Assembly (NCBI GenBank): GCA_963775685.1
Contig: CAVZJV010000014.1
Location: forward strand, 64,001-128,000
Direction: 5' to 3'
From: Candidatus Bathyarchaeota archaeon
Lineage (GTDB): Archaea > Thermoproteota > Bathyarchaeia > Bathyarchaeales > Bathycorpusculaceae
DNA: 64,000 nucleotides
Shown: positions 10,783 to 18,274 of the stretch, one piece after another
Layout of the letters: each line of letters opens with the position of its first letter
Position numbering within the stretch: the stretch's first letter is position 1
The notes under the pieces: model-generated
Seen by the model: the letters and a program-made list of their open reading frames with translations, nothing else
Told to the model about the DNA's origin: nothing
The model's database searches: none
Position numbers and translations under genes: made by a program

Positions 10783-11736
10783 TTAAGCAACATAACTCTT
10801 ATCTCCTGAGCTTTTGTTGCCCGCTTGTCTGTCAGGTTCAACCTGGATAAGGTTAGACAGAAGCCCTGTTATCTTTGCAAGGGCTAAAGCGTTTTTGTCC
10901 CCGCTCTTTTCTAGGCGTTCAAGCTTTTCTAAAGCGCCATCGATAACTTCAGTGAAGCTGGCGATAACTTCAACTGCATCTGGATGTGTCCGGTCGCCAA
11001 CTTTTATCACGATGCCGTGGCTCTGTTCAAAATCGCGAATCACCATGTACGGCAACCGCTCTCCAGAACTGTAAGGAAAATGGCCGCTCTTTGGTCGAAT
11101 CCGCTCCAGCACCGGATTTAGAATCTTGAAGTCCGTTAGTAATCCAGTGTTAACAAAGGCGTCACAGAAGAGCTGCTTAGCCTTCCCCAGATTGCCCTGA
11201 CGTCGAACATGCAAAGTTACATTGCCGCTTTCAAACCAAACCACGCGACCAAGCTTGCATTTCCAAACAAAAAAATGTTTCTTCGCCTTGCTAGGCTTCC
11301 AGCCAAACCCAACGCCTCGCTTTTCAATCTCAGATTTAACAACCTGCCGCAAAGACTGACTTATTGGCTGATCGAGCTTTACTTTGGCTTTGAAGCAGTG
11401 GAAGTTTGAACACTTTGAACCTCGTTCATTTTTGTAGTAATACTTCCATTCCCACTTGGTTTTAGAGACGTAGTTGTGGTAGTGTTTATAGTCTATTTCT
11501 AAGAGTTTGCAGATTTGTTTGGGTGTTAGCAATGGGTTAGTTTGGCCTTCGCCGTCTAGGAGGTCAAAGATTTGTTTGCGCAGATTATTACTATTACTAC
11601 TCTTACTGTAAGAGTGCAAGGTGCCTGCAGTGGTAGTCGGTTGGTTAGCCAAAAAAACTACCTCCAAGCTTGCTCCTTTTTGTTTTTTAGCTTTTCGAGG
11701 CGAGTTGGGCAGTTTCCCACATCTTTGGGTTTTCAA
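10783..11736 (-). CDS. Hypothetical basic protein, possible replication/DNA-binding protein of the mobile element
   Basis: 317-aa ORF with an N-terminal HTH-like segment (LTPKQICKLL). Function is inferred from context only. Confidence 0.55.
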   Translation of the reverse strand: MKTQRCGKLPNSPRKAKKQKGASLEVVFLANQPTTTAGTLHSYSKSSNSNNLRKQIFDLLDGEGQTNPLLTPKQICKLLEIDYKHYHNYVSKTKWEWKYYYKNERGSKCSNFHCFKAKVKLDQPISQSLRQVVKSEIEKRGVGFGWKPSKAKKHFFVWKCKLGRVVWFESGNVTLHVRRQGNLGKAKQLFCDAFVNTGLLTDFKILNPVLERIRPKSGHFPYSSGERLPYMVIRDFEQSHGIVIKVGDRTHPDAVEVIASFTEVIDGALEKLERLEKSGDKNALALAKITGLLSNLIQVEPDRQAGNKSSGDKSYVA

Positions 11737-11932
11737 AAATTCTTGGGGGACAAAACGTGTTATCTGCTAAACAATACCGTCCCTCGCAGATAGGGTAAAT
11801 TAAGCTTCCAACAAAGTCACAGCAAGACTTAGCAATATCCTGATTTTTTGCTGGAGATGGAATGTTAACTTTTGACTTAGAAGCAAAGCGATTTTCTCGA
11901 TTAACGTCCCAAAGAGGTCTCCACTCAGTCAT
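11687..11932 (-). CDS. Small Cys-containing hypothetical protein
   Basis: The ATG directly follows the upstream ORF stop (TAAATG), with GGAGGAG upstream. Confidence 0.45.
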   Translation of the reverse strand: MTEWRPLWDVNRENRFASKSKVNIPSPAKNQDIAKSCCDFVGSLIYPICEGRYCLADNTFCPPRIFENPKMWETAQLASKS

Positions 11933-12076
11933 TTAAGGCTCCTCCGTCTCGACTTCAAGCAAGGCTCTTTTGGTGATTTCTGCAAGCTCATGATAGTTAG
12001 CATTAAAATTAATAGCTAAGCCAGCAAGAAAAATCCTAATCATAATTGCCGCAGCCTCAATTTCTTTCTGCTTCAA
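11933..12076 (-). CDS. 47-aa hypothetical protein
   Basis: Manual translation MKQKEIEAAAIMIRIFLAGLAINFNANYHELAEITKRALLEVETEEP, with GGAGG upstream. Not in the ORF track. Confidence 0.55.
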   Translation of the reverse strand: MKQKEIEAAAIMIRIFLAGLAINFNANYHELAEITKRALLEVETEEP

Positions 12077-12126
12077 CTATGAAACCTCCAAGCTGCTACA
12101 AAGAAAAAAAATGAAAGTTAGCGAAA

Positions 12127-12345
12127 TTAAGAGGGATCTGAAAATCTTAGAGCGCAGTCTCTGCAGAAATATAGCTGAATTACACCGGATGGCACATGGC
12201 TTTTTCCATTTTTCCAATTCTTTGTGCTTCCGCACCCCGGGCACTTGACTATTTTGTTGCTTGTTGTGTTCTGTTTTTCCCAAAGATCTTTTGAAATTAT
12301 TTTGCCGCAGTGAGGACAGTTTAATAATTTTTTCATTCTTTTCAC
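12127..12345 (-). CDS. Small Zn-ribbon protein (IS1 InsA-like ribbon)
   Basis: CPHC, then CPGCGS..WKNG....QLYFCRDC. Confidence 0.7.
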   Translation of the reverse strand: MKRMKKLLNCPHCGKIISKDLWEKQNTTSNKIVKCPGCGSTKNWKNGKSHVPSGVIQLYFCRDCALRFSDPS

Positions 12346-12849
12346 CTTCTGCCAATTTTCGTCTCAGAGGTCTTTTACAAAAAGAAAAAAGGGAAGAATC
12401 TGCAGAAAAGTGAGAATTGTACATCGCCACCCTGATGGTTCCGAATGACTCCAGCTGAAACTTATTCCATGCTAGACGACGGCCACATTTGCCCCATGCT
12501 TAACTTTTAGGGTTCAGAGTTTTTCAATACATCAAGTAAACTTAAAGCTTCTGGAAAAGCCAGATCACCTTAATATGCGCCTTCCTATAAAAACGCTAAA
12601 ACAAGGGAACTGCAAAAGCGCGATGAGCTTCTTTTTAACAAAGTTAAAACAAGCCAAGATAAAAAAAAACAAAAAGGATTTGTTAGATATTCATAACCAA
12701 CTGTGTTAAAACGCTTAATATGATACTTGTCCATTCCTGATTTGTGTGTTGTTGTCTCTACACAGTCACGTATGTTAATACGGCCATGTTTCTAGATATT
12801 TCCAGTAAGTCAATCAGTTACTTGGGTCTCTGATAATTTTGGTTTGGAG

Positions 12850-13023
12850 GTGATTTTCATTACGGAAAAAAATAAGAAAGGGGTGTTTGTCGCTGAGCAG
12901 AAGAAAAAGAGACGCGAAATAATTCAAGAAGGTAAAAAGCAAGTGGCTATTCCGCCAGATGTTGGAGATGTAGAAAAGAAGGCTTTAGCCCAAACAGGCG
13001 ATGATGCAACTTCAGGATGGTGA
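12850..13023 (+). CDS. Small unannotated protein (about 57 aa) ending in TSGW
   Basis: Open frame (M)IFITEKNKKGVFVAEQKKKRREIIQEGKKQVAIPPDVGDVEKKALAQTGDDATSGW*, GGAGGTG at 12846, T-run downstream. Confidence 0.6.
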   Translation: MIFITEKNKKGVFVAEQKKKRREIIQEGKKQVAIPPDVGDVEKKALAQTGDDATSGW

Positions 13024-13182
13024 AAAGAATCTGTTTAAAGATCCACTCTTTTTTAATTTCTTATGACAATCAGTCCATAATCATTACCATTTTATTACAT
13101 AAAACCACAATTTAACTAATTTTTTTTAGATACACAAAACTTTTATTGCCATAACAACAAATCTTAGCAGGAGGTTTAGCGC

Positions 13183-13440
13183 TTGGAAGAAGTTATAATT
13201 GAAATAGGGCAAGTCATACATTTCTTCTCAAAAATCAACGTTGCCATAGTCGAATTAACGTTGCCCCTCTCCATCGGCGACCGCATCCTCATAAAAGGTC
13301 CCTCAACAGATTTTGTCCAAATCGTTACTTCGATGCAGATAGATCGCAAAGAAATTAAAAGAGCCGAAGGCGGACAAAGTGTAGGATTGAAGACGATTCG
13401 GCAGCCGCGGGAAAAAGACGTTGTTTATAAGCAACTTTAA
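13183..13440 (+). CDS. Translation elongation factor-like beta-barrel (U32 peptidase C-terminal-like) small protein
   Basis: IGQVIHFFSKINVA...LSIGDRILIKG..TDF.Q.V.SMQID...AEGGQSVGLK, with GGAGG RBS. Confidence 0.8.
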   Translation: MEEVIIEIGQVIHFFSKINVAIVELTLPLSIGDRILIKGPSTDFVQIVTSMQIDRKEIKRAEGGQSVGLKTIRQPREKDVVYKQL

Positions 13441-14567
13441 GGTATGATTTCAGCGCCGTTATATTTTAGGTAATCAAAGTCTTTTATCCCAACGGTTCCT
13501 TTCCCTATTAGTCTTCGGATACGTGGAACTTCGCTTGCTACCGCTTTGATTAGTTGTTCTACTGTGTAGCAAACTTTATTGTACGCATCGTTACTCCAGC
13601 GTTTGGCTATGTTTGTGTAGAGGCATCTGCCGCCGCAAATATCTAGAATTTTGCAATCCACACAGGGTTTTTCGTTAACAAAGATTTTTTCAAGTTTCAA
13701 AGGGTTGGTATCTTTTATGTGCCCAAGATAGTATTCTTTCATCCCCCACATTGTTGGGCATGGAATAATGTATCCGTCAGTTTGGATAGCGTAATTTATC
13801 CAGCCGCCTCCGCAACGCAGCAAGCAATCTTTTTCTTCATGTAAAAGCGAGTTGGCTATGCCCAAAATTGGGTAGAGCTTAAGCACAGTGCCCTCCTCTT
13901 GGATTTGGTCAACCCAAAAATGCACCAGCTTCTCAATGCCTGGAATGTAGCTGGTTTTGGTCCACTCTTCAAAGTTGCGTCTTTGATAGTCATTGCCCCA
14001 AAAACCAGCATTCAGTTGCCAATGAATCGAAGTAAACGAAAAATCAGGGTTATCCAGGAGATATCTGACTTGTTTTTCTATGTCGGTTTGCTCCATTATG
14101 GTCATGCGAGCAATCAATTCTCCAGCAAACCCATTTTTCCTGATTAATTTTAGGTTGTTGACGACGTTCTGGTAAGTTCCTGCCCCGCGGTAGGCATCCG
14201 TTAAAGTTTCTTGTCCATCAATAGAGACAAGGATGGTGTGGAAACGGTTAACGTATTTTGGCTCCAGTTTGTCAAGAAGTAAACCGTTTGTTTGCACCAT
14301 GTACTGTTTAGGTGATACTTTATCCATGATTTGCCTAAGCTTATCTATCTGCAGCAGTGGTTCTCCACCATAGAAGGTCAAAACGCAATCAGGGTCCTGG
14401 CGGCAGAACTTATCAAGCAGCGCTAAATCGTAGCTGAGCCTACGTGGCAAATCATAATCAACTTCAATGTCGTCGCCAAAGTCCTCATCGAAATCATCAA
14501 GGCTCTCGCCAAAGCAGTATTTGCACTGCAGGTTGCAGTCACTTGTCAATATGACATGGAAGAACAT
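13437..14567 (-). CDS. Radical SAM/SPASM protein (AF0577/TIGR04084-like putative peptide-modifying family)
   Basis: CNLQCKYC, YGGEPL, SPASM cysteines CGGG...IIPCP...CVDCKILDICGGRC. Confidence 0.88.
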   Translation of the reverse strand: MFFHVILTSDCNLQCKYCFGESLDDFDEDFGDDIEVDYDLPRRLSYDLALLDKFCRQDPDCVLTFYGGEPLLQIDKLRQIMDKVSPKQYMVQTNGLLLDKLEPKYVNRFHTILVSIDGQETLTDAYRGAGTYQNVVNNLKLIRKNGFAGELIARMTIMEQTDIEKQVRYLLDNPDFSFTSIHWQLNAGFWGNDYQRRNFEEWTKTSYIPGIEKLVHFWVDQIQEEGTVLKLYPILGIANSLLHEEKDCLLRCGGGWINYAIQTDGYIIPCPTMWGMKEYYLGHIKDTNPLKLEKIFVNEKPCVDCKILDICGGRCLYTNIAKRWSNDAYNKVCYTVEQLIKAVASEVPRIRRLIGKGTVGIKDFDYLKYNGAEIIP

Positions 14568-14589
14568 GCTTTAGATGAGCACATGGGTT

Positions 14590-14605
14590 GTTTAATAGTA
14601 TTTTT
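14590..14605 (-). promoter_or_regulatory. BRE/TATA-like promoter for the radical SAM gene, overlapping the MFS stop codon
   Basis: AAAAATACTATTAAAC lies about 25 nt upstream of the ATG at 14567, the geometry of a leaderless transcript. Confidence 0.5.
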
Positions 14606-15905
14606 CTGCAAGTTCCTCAGCTTTCTTATATTCTTCACTTTTTTCTTGCTCGGGCTTGTTCTTTTGATGTTTCTTGGTTTTTTCCTCTTCGTTCTGAGCA
14701 ATTCTCTGAGCCTTCTCAATATACTTTTTCAGCTCCATATCTTTCATGCGTTTTTCAGGCAAGGTTTCAGGCGCATACAGCAAGGGTAAGACAGCTAAGA
14801 AAAGAAATACGCTTGCAAAAGAGAATATGGGTATTTGACTTATGTCAGGTACATAGAATGCAAAAACTTTGGTTAGGAAACTGGAGAATACATAAGGTAA
14901 AGCGCCTAAGAAGTATAATTTATCGCTGTTTCTGGCTTGAGATAGGTCGCCCCATATTATGAGCAGAAATACTATATTGAATATTCCCCATGCAATTCCG
15001 TCTGATACCACGTAAAAGTATCCAGCCAAGTTTATATCTGGAAAAAGTCCTAAGATAGCATATCCGATTCCTAACATAATGAAGCCTACAATCGTTAAGC
15101 GTTTGCGACCGAAAAGGTCAGCAACAAATCCGCATGTGACAGCAGTGACTGCCATAATGATGTTTTCTAAAACGTAAATTAGAAAATTGTAAGTTGGACC
15201 AGATCCTAAAAGGTGGTTCTGAATTGGAACCGTCATATAATTTACAAGGGACACCATACACCATGAAACAAAGTAGAAAATAAACGACCTGTTAGACAGA
15301 ATATCTTTGAATTTAACCTTGTAAGTTTCTTTGCTACTTGGTTCTTCCACATTAAATCCACAAAAGACTAAAAATCCAAATAATCGTATAGCGGAAAGAA
15401 CGACGCAAGCTAAAACAACATCGCTTATTATAAATGCGCCAAGCACAGAGAAAAGCAAGCCCATTAACAGAAGAGTAATCCCGCTAATTTTTGCACGGTT
15501 CTCTACCATAGTGTGGCTGGAGAAATACCCCATAACTACAGGCATTCCGACTCCAAAATAGGCTCCAAAAACACTTGAAATCACAAGAGTGCCAGTTACG
15601 CTTGATAGATCCATTGCGAGAGGTAGAAATGAAAGAAAAACACCGCTTAACATCCATAAACTGAGGAAGTTAGTTCGTTTTTTTAATTTGTCAACTGCAA
15701 ATGAACCTACGAATGCTAAAATTGCTATTGAAACTGCGTTCACGCCAAAAACGATAAGTGTTAAGGGGCCAGTATTCGGATCTATTTTATCCGTTAGAAT
15801 CTTGAGGGTTTTGAAAACTAGCAAATACCAAACAAAGGCGTTTCCTACTAAGAAAACATTTGTCGTAGTTAGTTTTAGAGTTGGCTTAACATCTCCCAGA
15901 GGCAC
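14592..15905 (-). CDS. MFS-like 12-TM membrane protein with charged cytoplasmic tail
   Basis: About 12 hydrophobic helices, motif A GFVADLFGRKR, PETL after the last helix and a K/E-rich tail. Confidence 0.85.
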   Translation of the reverse strand: MPLGDVKPTLKLTTTNVFLVGNAFVWYLLVFKTLKILTDKIDPNTGPLTLIVFGVNAVSIAILAFVGSFAVDKLKKRTNFLSLWMLSGVFLSFLPLAMDLSSVTGTLVISSVFGAYFGVGMPVVMGYFSSHTMVENRAKISGITLLLMGLLFSVLGAFIISDVVLACVVLSAIRLFGFLVFCGFNVEEPSSKETYKVKFKDILSNRSFIFYFVSWCMVSLVNYMTVPIQNHLLGSGPTYNFLIYVLENIIMAVTAVTCGFVADLFGRKRLTIVGFIMLGIGYAILGLFPDINLAGYFYVVSDGIAWGIFNIVFLLIIWGDLSQARNSDKLYFLGALPYVFSSFLTKVFAFYVPDISQIPIFSFASVFLFLAVLPLLYAPETLPEKRMKDMELKKYIEKAQRIAQNEEEKTKKHQKNKPEQEKSEEYKKAEELAEKYY

Positions 15906-16005
15906 TTGCTGGACATCCTTAAAGTTGTAACTTTCTAGGTGTTTTTGATAATTAAGTATTAAGGATTGGTAAAATTGATTTGAAATATAGTTTATGTAGG
16001 TAACC

Positions 16006-16046
16006 TTTTAAGCATATTTGTACAACACATCTACTTCGAGGAAGGT
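16006..16046 (+). promoter_or_regulatory. TATA-like box and RBS for peptide gene 1
   Basis: TTTTAAG at 16006-16012 and GAGGAAGGT at 16038-16046, ahead of the ATG at 16051. Confidence 0.6.
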
Positions 16047-16050
16047 TGCT

Positions 16051-16095
16051 ATGAAGGCAAACAACAAAGTAACTCGTTCAAGTGGATGGGTTTAA
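16051..16095 (+). CDS. 14-aa candidate precursor peptide 1, MKANNKVTRSSGWV
   Basis: Has ATG, RBS and TATA. Its C-terminal SSGWV is identical to peptide 2. Its stop overlaps the convergent prenyltransferase stop. Confidence 0.75.
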   Translation: MKANNKVTRSSGWV

Positions 16096-17108
16096 GAAAA
16101 CCCGTTCGCAAAAAAAGCAAAGGGAGCGGAAAGCAATATTTTTAGCTCCTCCCATTTTTCTTCTTCTAAGCTTTTCTGTAAGATCCCAACAATACAATTA
16201 GCTGATACGTTTAATTCTTCAAGAAATTCCTGAACTTCAGGGGTCTCAAAAACTAAATCGATTATTTTTTCTTGTGCAGAATTATCAGATAAGTCCTGGC
16301 TCAAAAGAGGAAGAAGCATCTTTCTAGTTTGCAAATTCTGCAACGCATAGATTAAAGGTAAAGGTAGGCATCCATTTTTCAGCCGATTAGCCACTTCCAA
16401 AGGGTCAAAAATGTCTGCGCACTCATCAGATACAAGCGAAACAACCCCGTAACTTCTACCAAATTCACCTAACTCTTCCACCAAATCTTGTTCTGCCCCC
16501 CCAACGATGGCACCGATTTTCATAGTTAATTCAGGAACAACTGCCTTCAACCTGATTATGTCATAAAATTCATTTGGAGACAAATCCAACCGAGCTTTCA
16601 AGCTAGCCTCTAAGGTTTCTGCCATGGAAATCTCCAATATTGCCTCAGATATCAAACTTCTAATTTGCTTGCCCTGACCTTTGGGAAGCTTATCGCATTC
16701 ATTATGCAATTGCGTTAACCCTTCAGCCAAAAGAATGTCGCCAGCTAATATTGCTGCGGTTTCGCCGAATTTGCCAAAGACAGTTGGCTTGGGACCTTTA
16801 AAGGTTGACTTATCGATAACGTCATCGTGTAAATCAGCGGCTCCAGTTATTAGTACGATTGCTTTTCCAAAAGGAATTGCCTGTTTAACGTTTCCTCCTA
16901 CTGCTTTGCATGAGATGACTATAAGTGCAGGAAAAACAGGCATGGTGTTATGAAGAGTTATTTTTGAGAAGTGCCTTAGTGATTGAGAAATAATGCTCTT
17001 GTCTTTGTTTGCTGAGATTATTTGCTGTCTCGCTTGTTTTAGGGCAAGACCACCGTTTTCCCTAAAAATCTTTTTCATTTTCCGAATTAGAGCCTGATTG
17101 GAGGGCAT
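16092..17108 (-). CDS. Divergent polyprenyl synthetase-fold protein, candidate ComQ-like peptide Trp prenyltransferase
   Basis: FARM LHDDVID and AILAGD are retained. The RRG loop is replaced by FKG, KT by KA, and the second Asp-rich motif is degenerate (SDECAD). Confidence 0.8.
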   Translation of the reverse strand: MPSNQALIRKMKKIFRENGGLALKQARQQIISANKDKSIISQSLRHFSKITLHNTMPVFPALIVISCKAVGGNVKQAIPFGKAIVLITGAADLHDDVIDKSTFKGPKPTVFGKFGETAAILAGDILLAEGLTQLHNECDKLPKGQGKQIRSLISEAILEISMAETLEASLKARLDLSPNEFYDIIRLKAVVPELTMKIGAIVGGAEQDLVEELGEFGRSYGVVSLVSDECADIFDPLEVANRLKNGCLPLPLIYALQNLQTRKMLLPLLSQDLSDNSAQEKIIDLVFETPEVQEFLEELNVSANCIVGILQKSLEEEKWEELKILLSAPFAFFANGFS

Positions 17109-17150
17109 TTGTATCAGGGTTTAATTGTTTTGAGTAAATATTTGGTTTTT

Positions 17151-17160
17151 GGAAAAAAAT
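17151..17160 (-). terminator. Oligo-T terminator after peptide gene 2
   Basis: Minus strand ATTTTTTTCC about 20 nt after the stop at 17182. Confidence 0.4.
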
Positions 17161-17181
17161 GAGGCGTTGGAAAGGGTTTTT

Positions 17182-17241
17182 TTATACCCATCCCGATGAG
17201 ATTGGTTTACCGCGGATATTTTTGCCATTTTTGCTTACCAT
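17182..17241 (-). CDS. 19-aa candidate precursor peptide 2, MVSKNGKNIRGKPISSGWV
   Basis: GAGGTG RBS 7 nt upstream of the ATG and 25 nt downstream of the protease stop. Shares C-terminal SSGWV with peptide 1. Confidence 0.8.
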   Translation of the reverse strand: MVSKNGKNIRGKPISSGWV

Positions 17242-17266
17242 ATTTTTTCACCTCACATTTGCTAAT

Positions 17267-18118
17267 TTAATTTAAGAAACTTTGTATCCAGGTTAAGATA
17301 CTCTGTGTATCTATCCTAGTGTGATATGTTATTCCTGCACAGTTTGCATTACGTACGTACGCGTTAATGGCAAGGACAATGTCTTGAGTGCCGCCGTTAT
17401 AGATTACTGGGCCGCCTGAGTCTCCAAATGCCACGCCGCCTTTGCCTTGGCTGGGGTTGGCTGTTAATTTGAGGTATTTGTCACTTCCAGCAAAGTTCCC
17501 AGATACTATTTTGGCTTGTGCGGAGTTGCATGATAATGTTCCAACCAACGAGTTAACAACGCCGTTGTCTTTGGGAGTCGCTTGGAATTGAAGACCATAA
17601 CCTACCTCCTTCAAGATAGTTTTATTATCCAACATATCAGAGAAACCTGCTCGAGGTAAAGCTGGAAAATCTTCAACACCTGCAACTGCTTGAACAAGTT
17701 TTATTAATCCTATGTCGCTTGTTTCAAATTCGTTATTGCCTGAAAAAGAGGGGTTATACAGCGGATAGATTATTGGAAAACCATCATAAATTGTATTTGC
17801 ACCATAATAGGTGATTTTTCCCTTCTCAAGAGTATAGCTAATTGGTCCCTTATCAAAACAAACGCTGACTGCTTGCACACCGACCAGACTGTGACCTGCC
17901 GTCACCATAACTGTTGACGAAATCAAGAAGCCTGAACAATAACCAATCGGGTTAGTTTTCGCTTCGTCACTAAAAAGCACGACTACCCCAGTATACGGAG
18001 TTGAATCTGGGCGAATGTTTCCTGTTATTCCGTATACTGTGCCAGTAAATAGAGCCAAAGATGCCAAGATTGGCAGGATGGTTAACGTGATAGCTTTGGT
18101 TGTTTTCAAATTATCCAC
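17267..18118 (-). CDS. Secreted S1 (chymotrypsin/trypsin-like) serine protease
   Basis: Signal peptide and catalytic triad motifs TAGH, DIGLI and GDSGGP. Confidence 0.9.
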   Translation of the reverse strand: MDNLKTTKAITLTILPILASLALFTGTVYGITGNIRPDSTPYTGVVVLFSDEAKTNPIGYCSGFLISSTVMVTAGHSLVGVQAVSVCFDKGPISYTLEKGKITYYGANTIYDGFPIIYPLYNPSFSGNNEFETSDIGLIKLVQAVAGVEDFPALPRAGFSDMLDNKTILKEVGYGLQFQATPKDNGVVNSLVGTLSCNSAQAKIVSGNFAGSDKYLKLTANPSQGKGGVAFGDSGGPVIYNGGTQDIVLAINAYVRNANCAGITYHTRIDTQSILTWIQSFLN

Positions 18119-18274
18119 CTTATCTGACTTACACTTGTATCGTAAGACGTAATATATAAACGTCCTGTGTAAGATGCCTCAGCCGAGCAATGCCCAACAA
18201 AACGACAGTCCAACACAACTACACATGCCAGCAAGCAAAACTCTTAAAAGCCAAAGCTATAATCACAAGGTTTC

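Larger units (their letters stand above)
9124..12570 (-). mobile_element. Decayed integrated virus/plasmid-like gene cluster, no integrase seen
   Basis: Tightly packed co-oriented short ORFs (HTH, TFB cyclin domain, wHTH, basic 317-aa protein, Zn ribbon) bounded on one side by a tRNA fragment. The right boundary is approximate. Confidence 0.55.
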
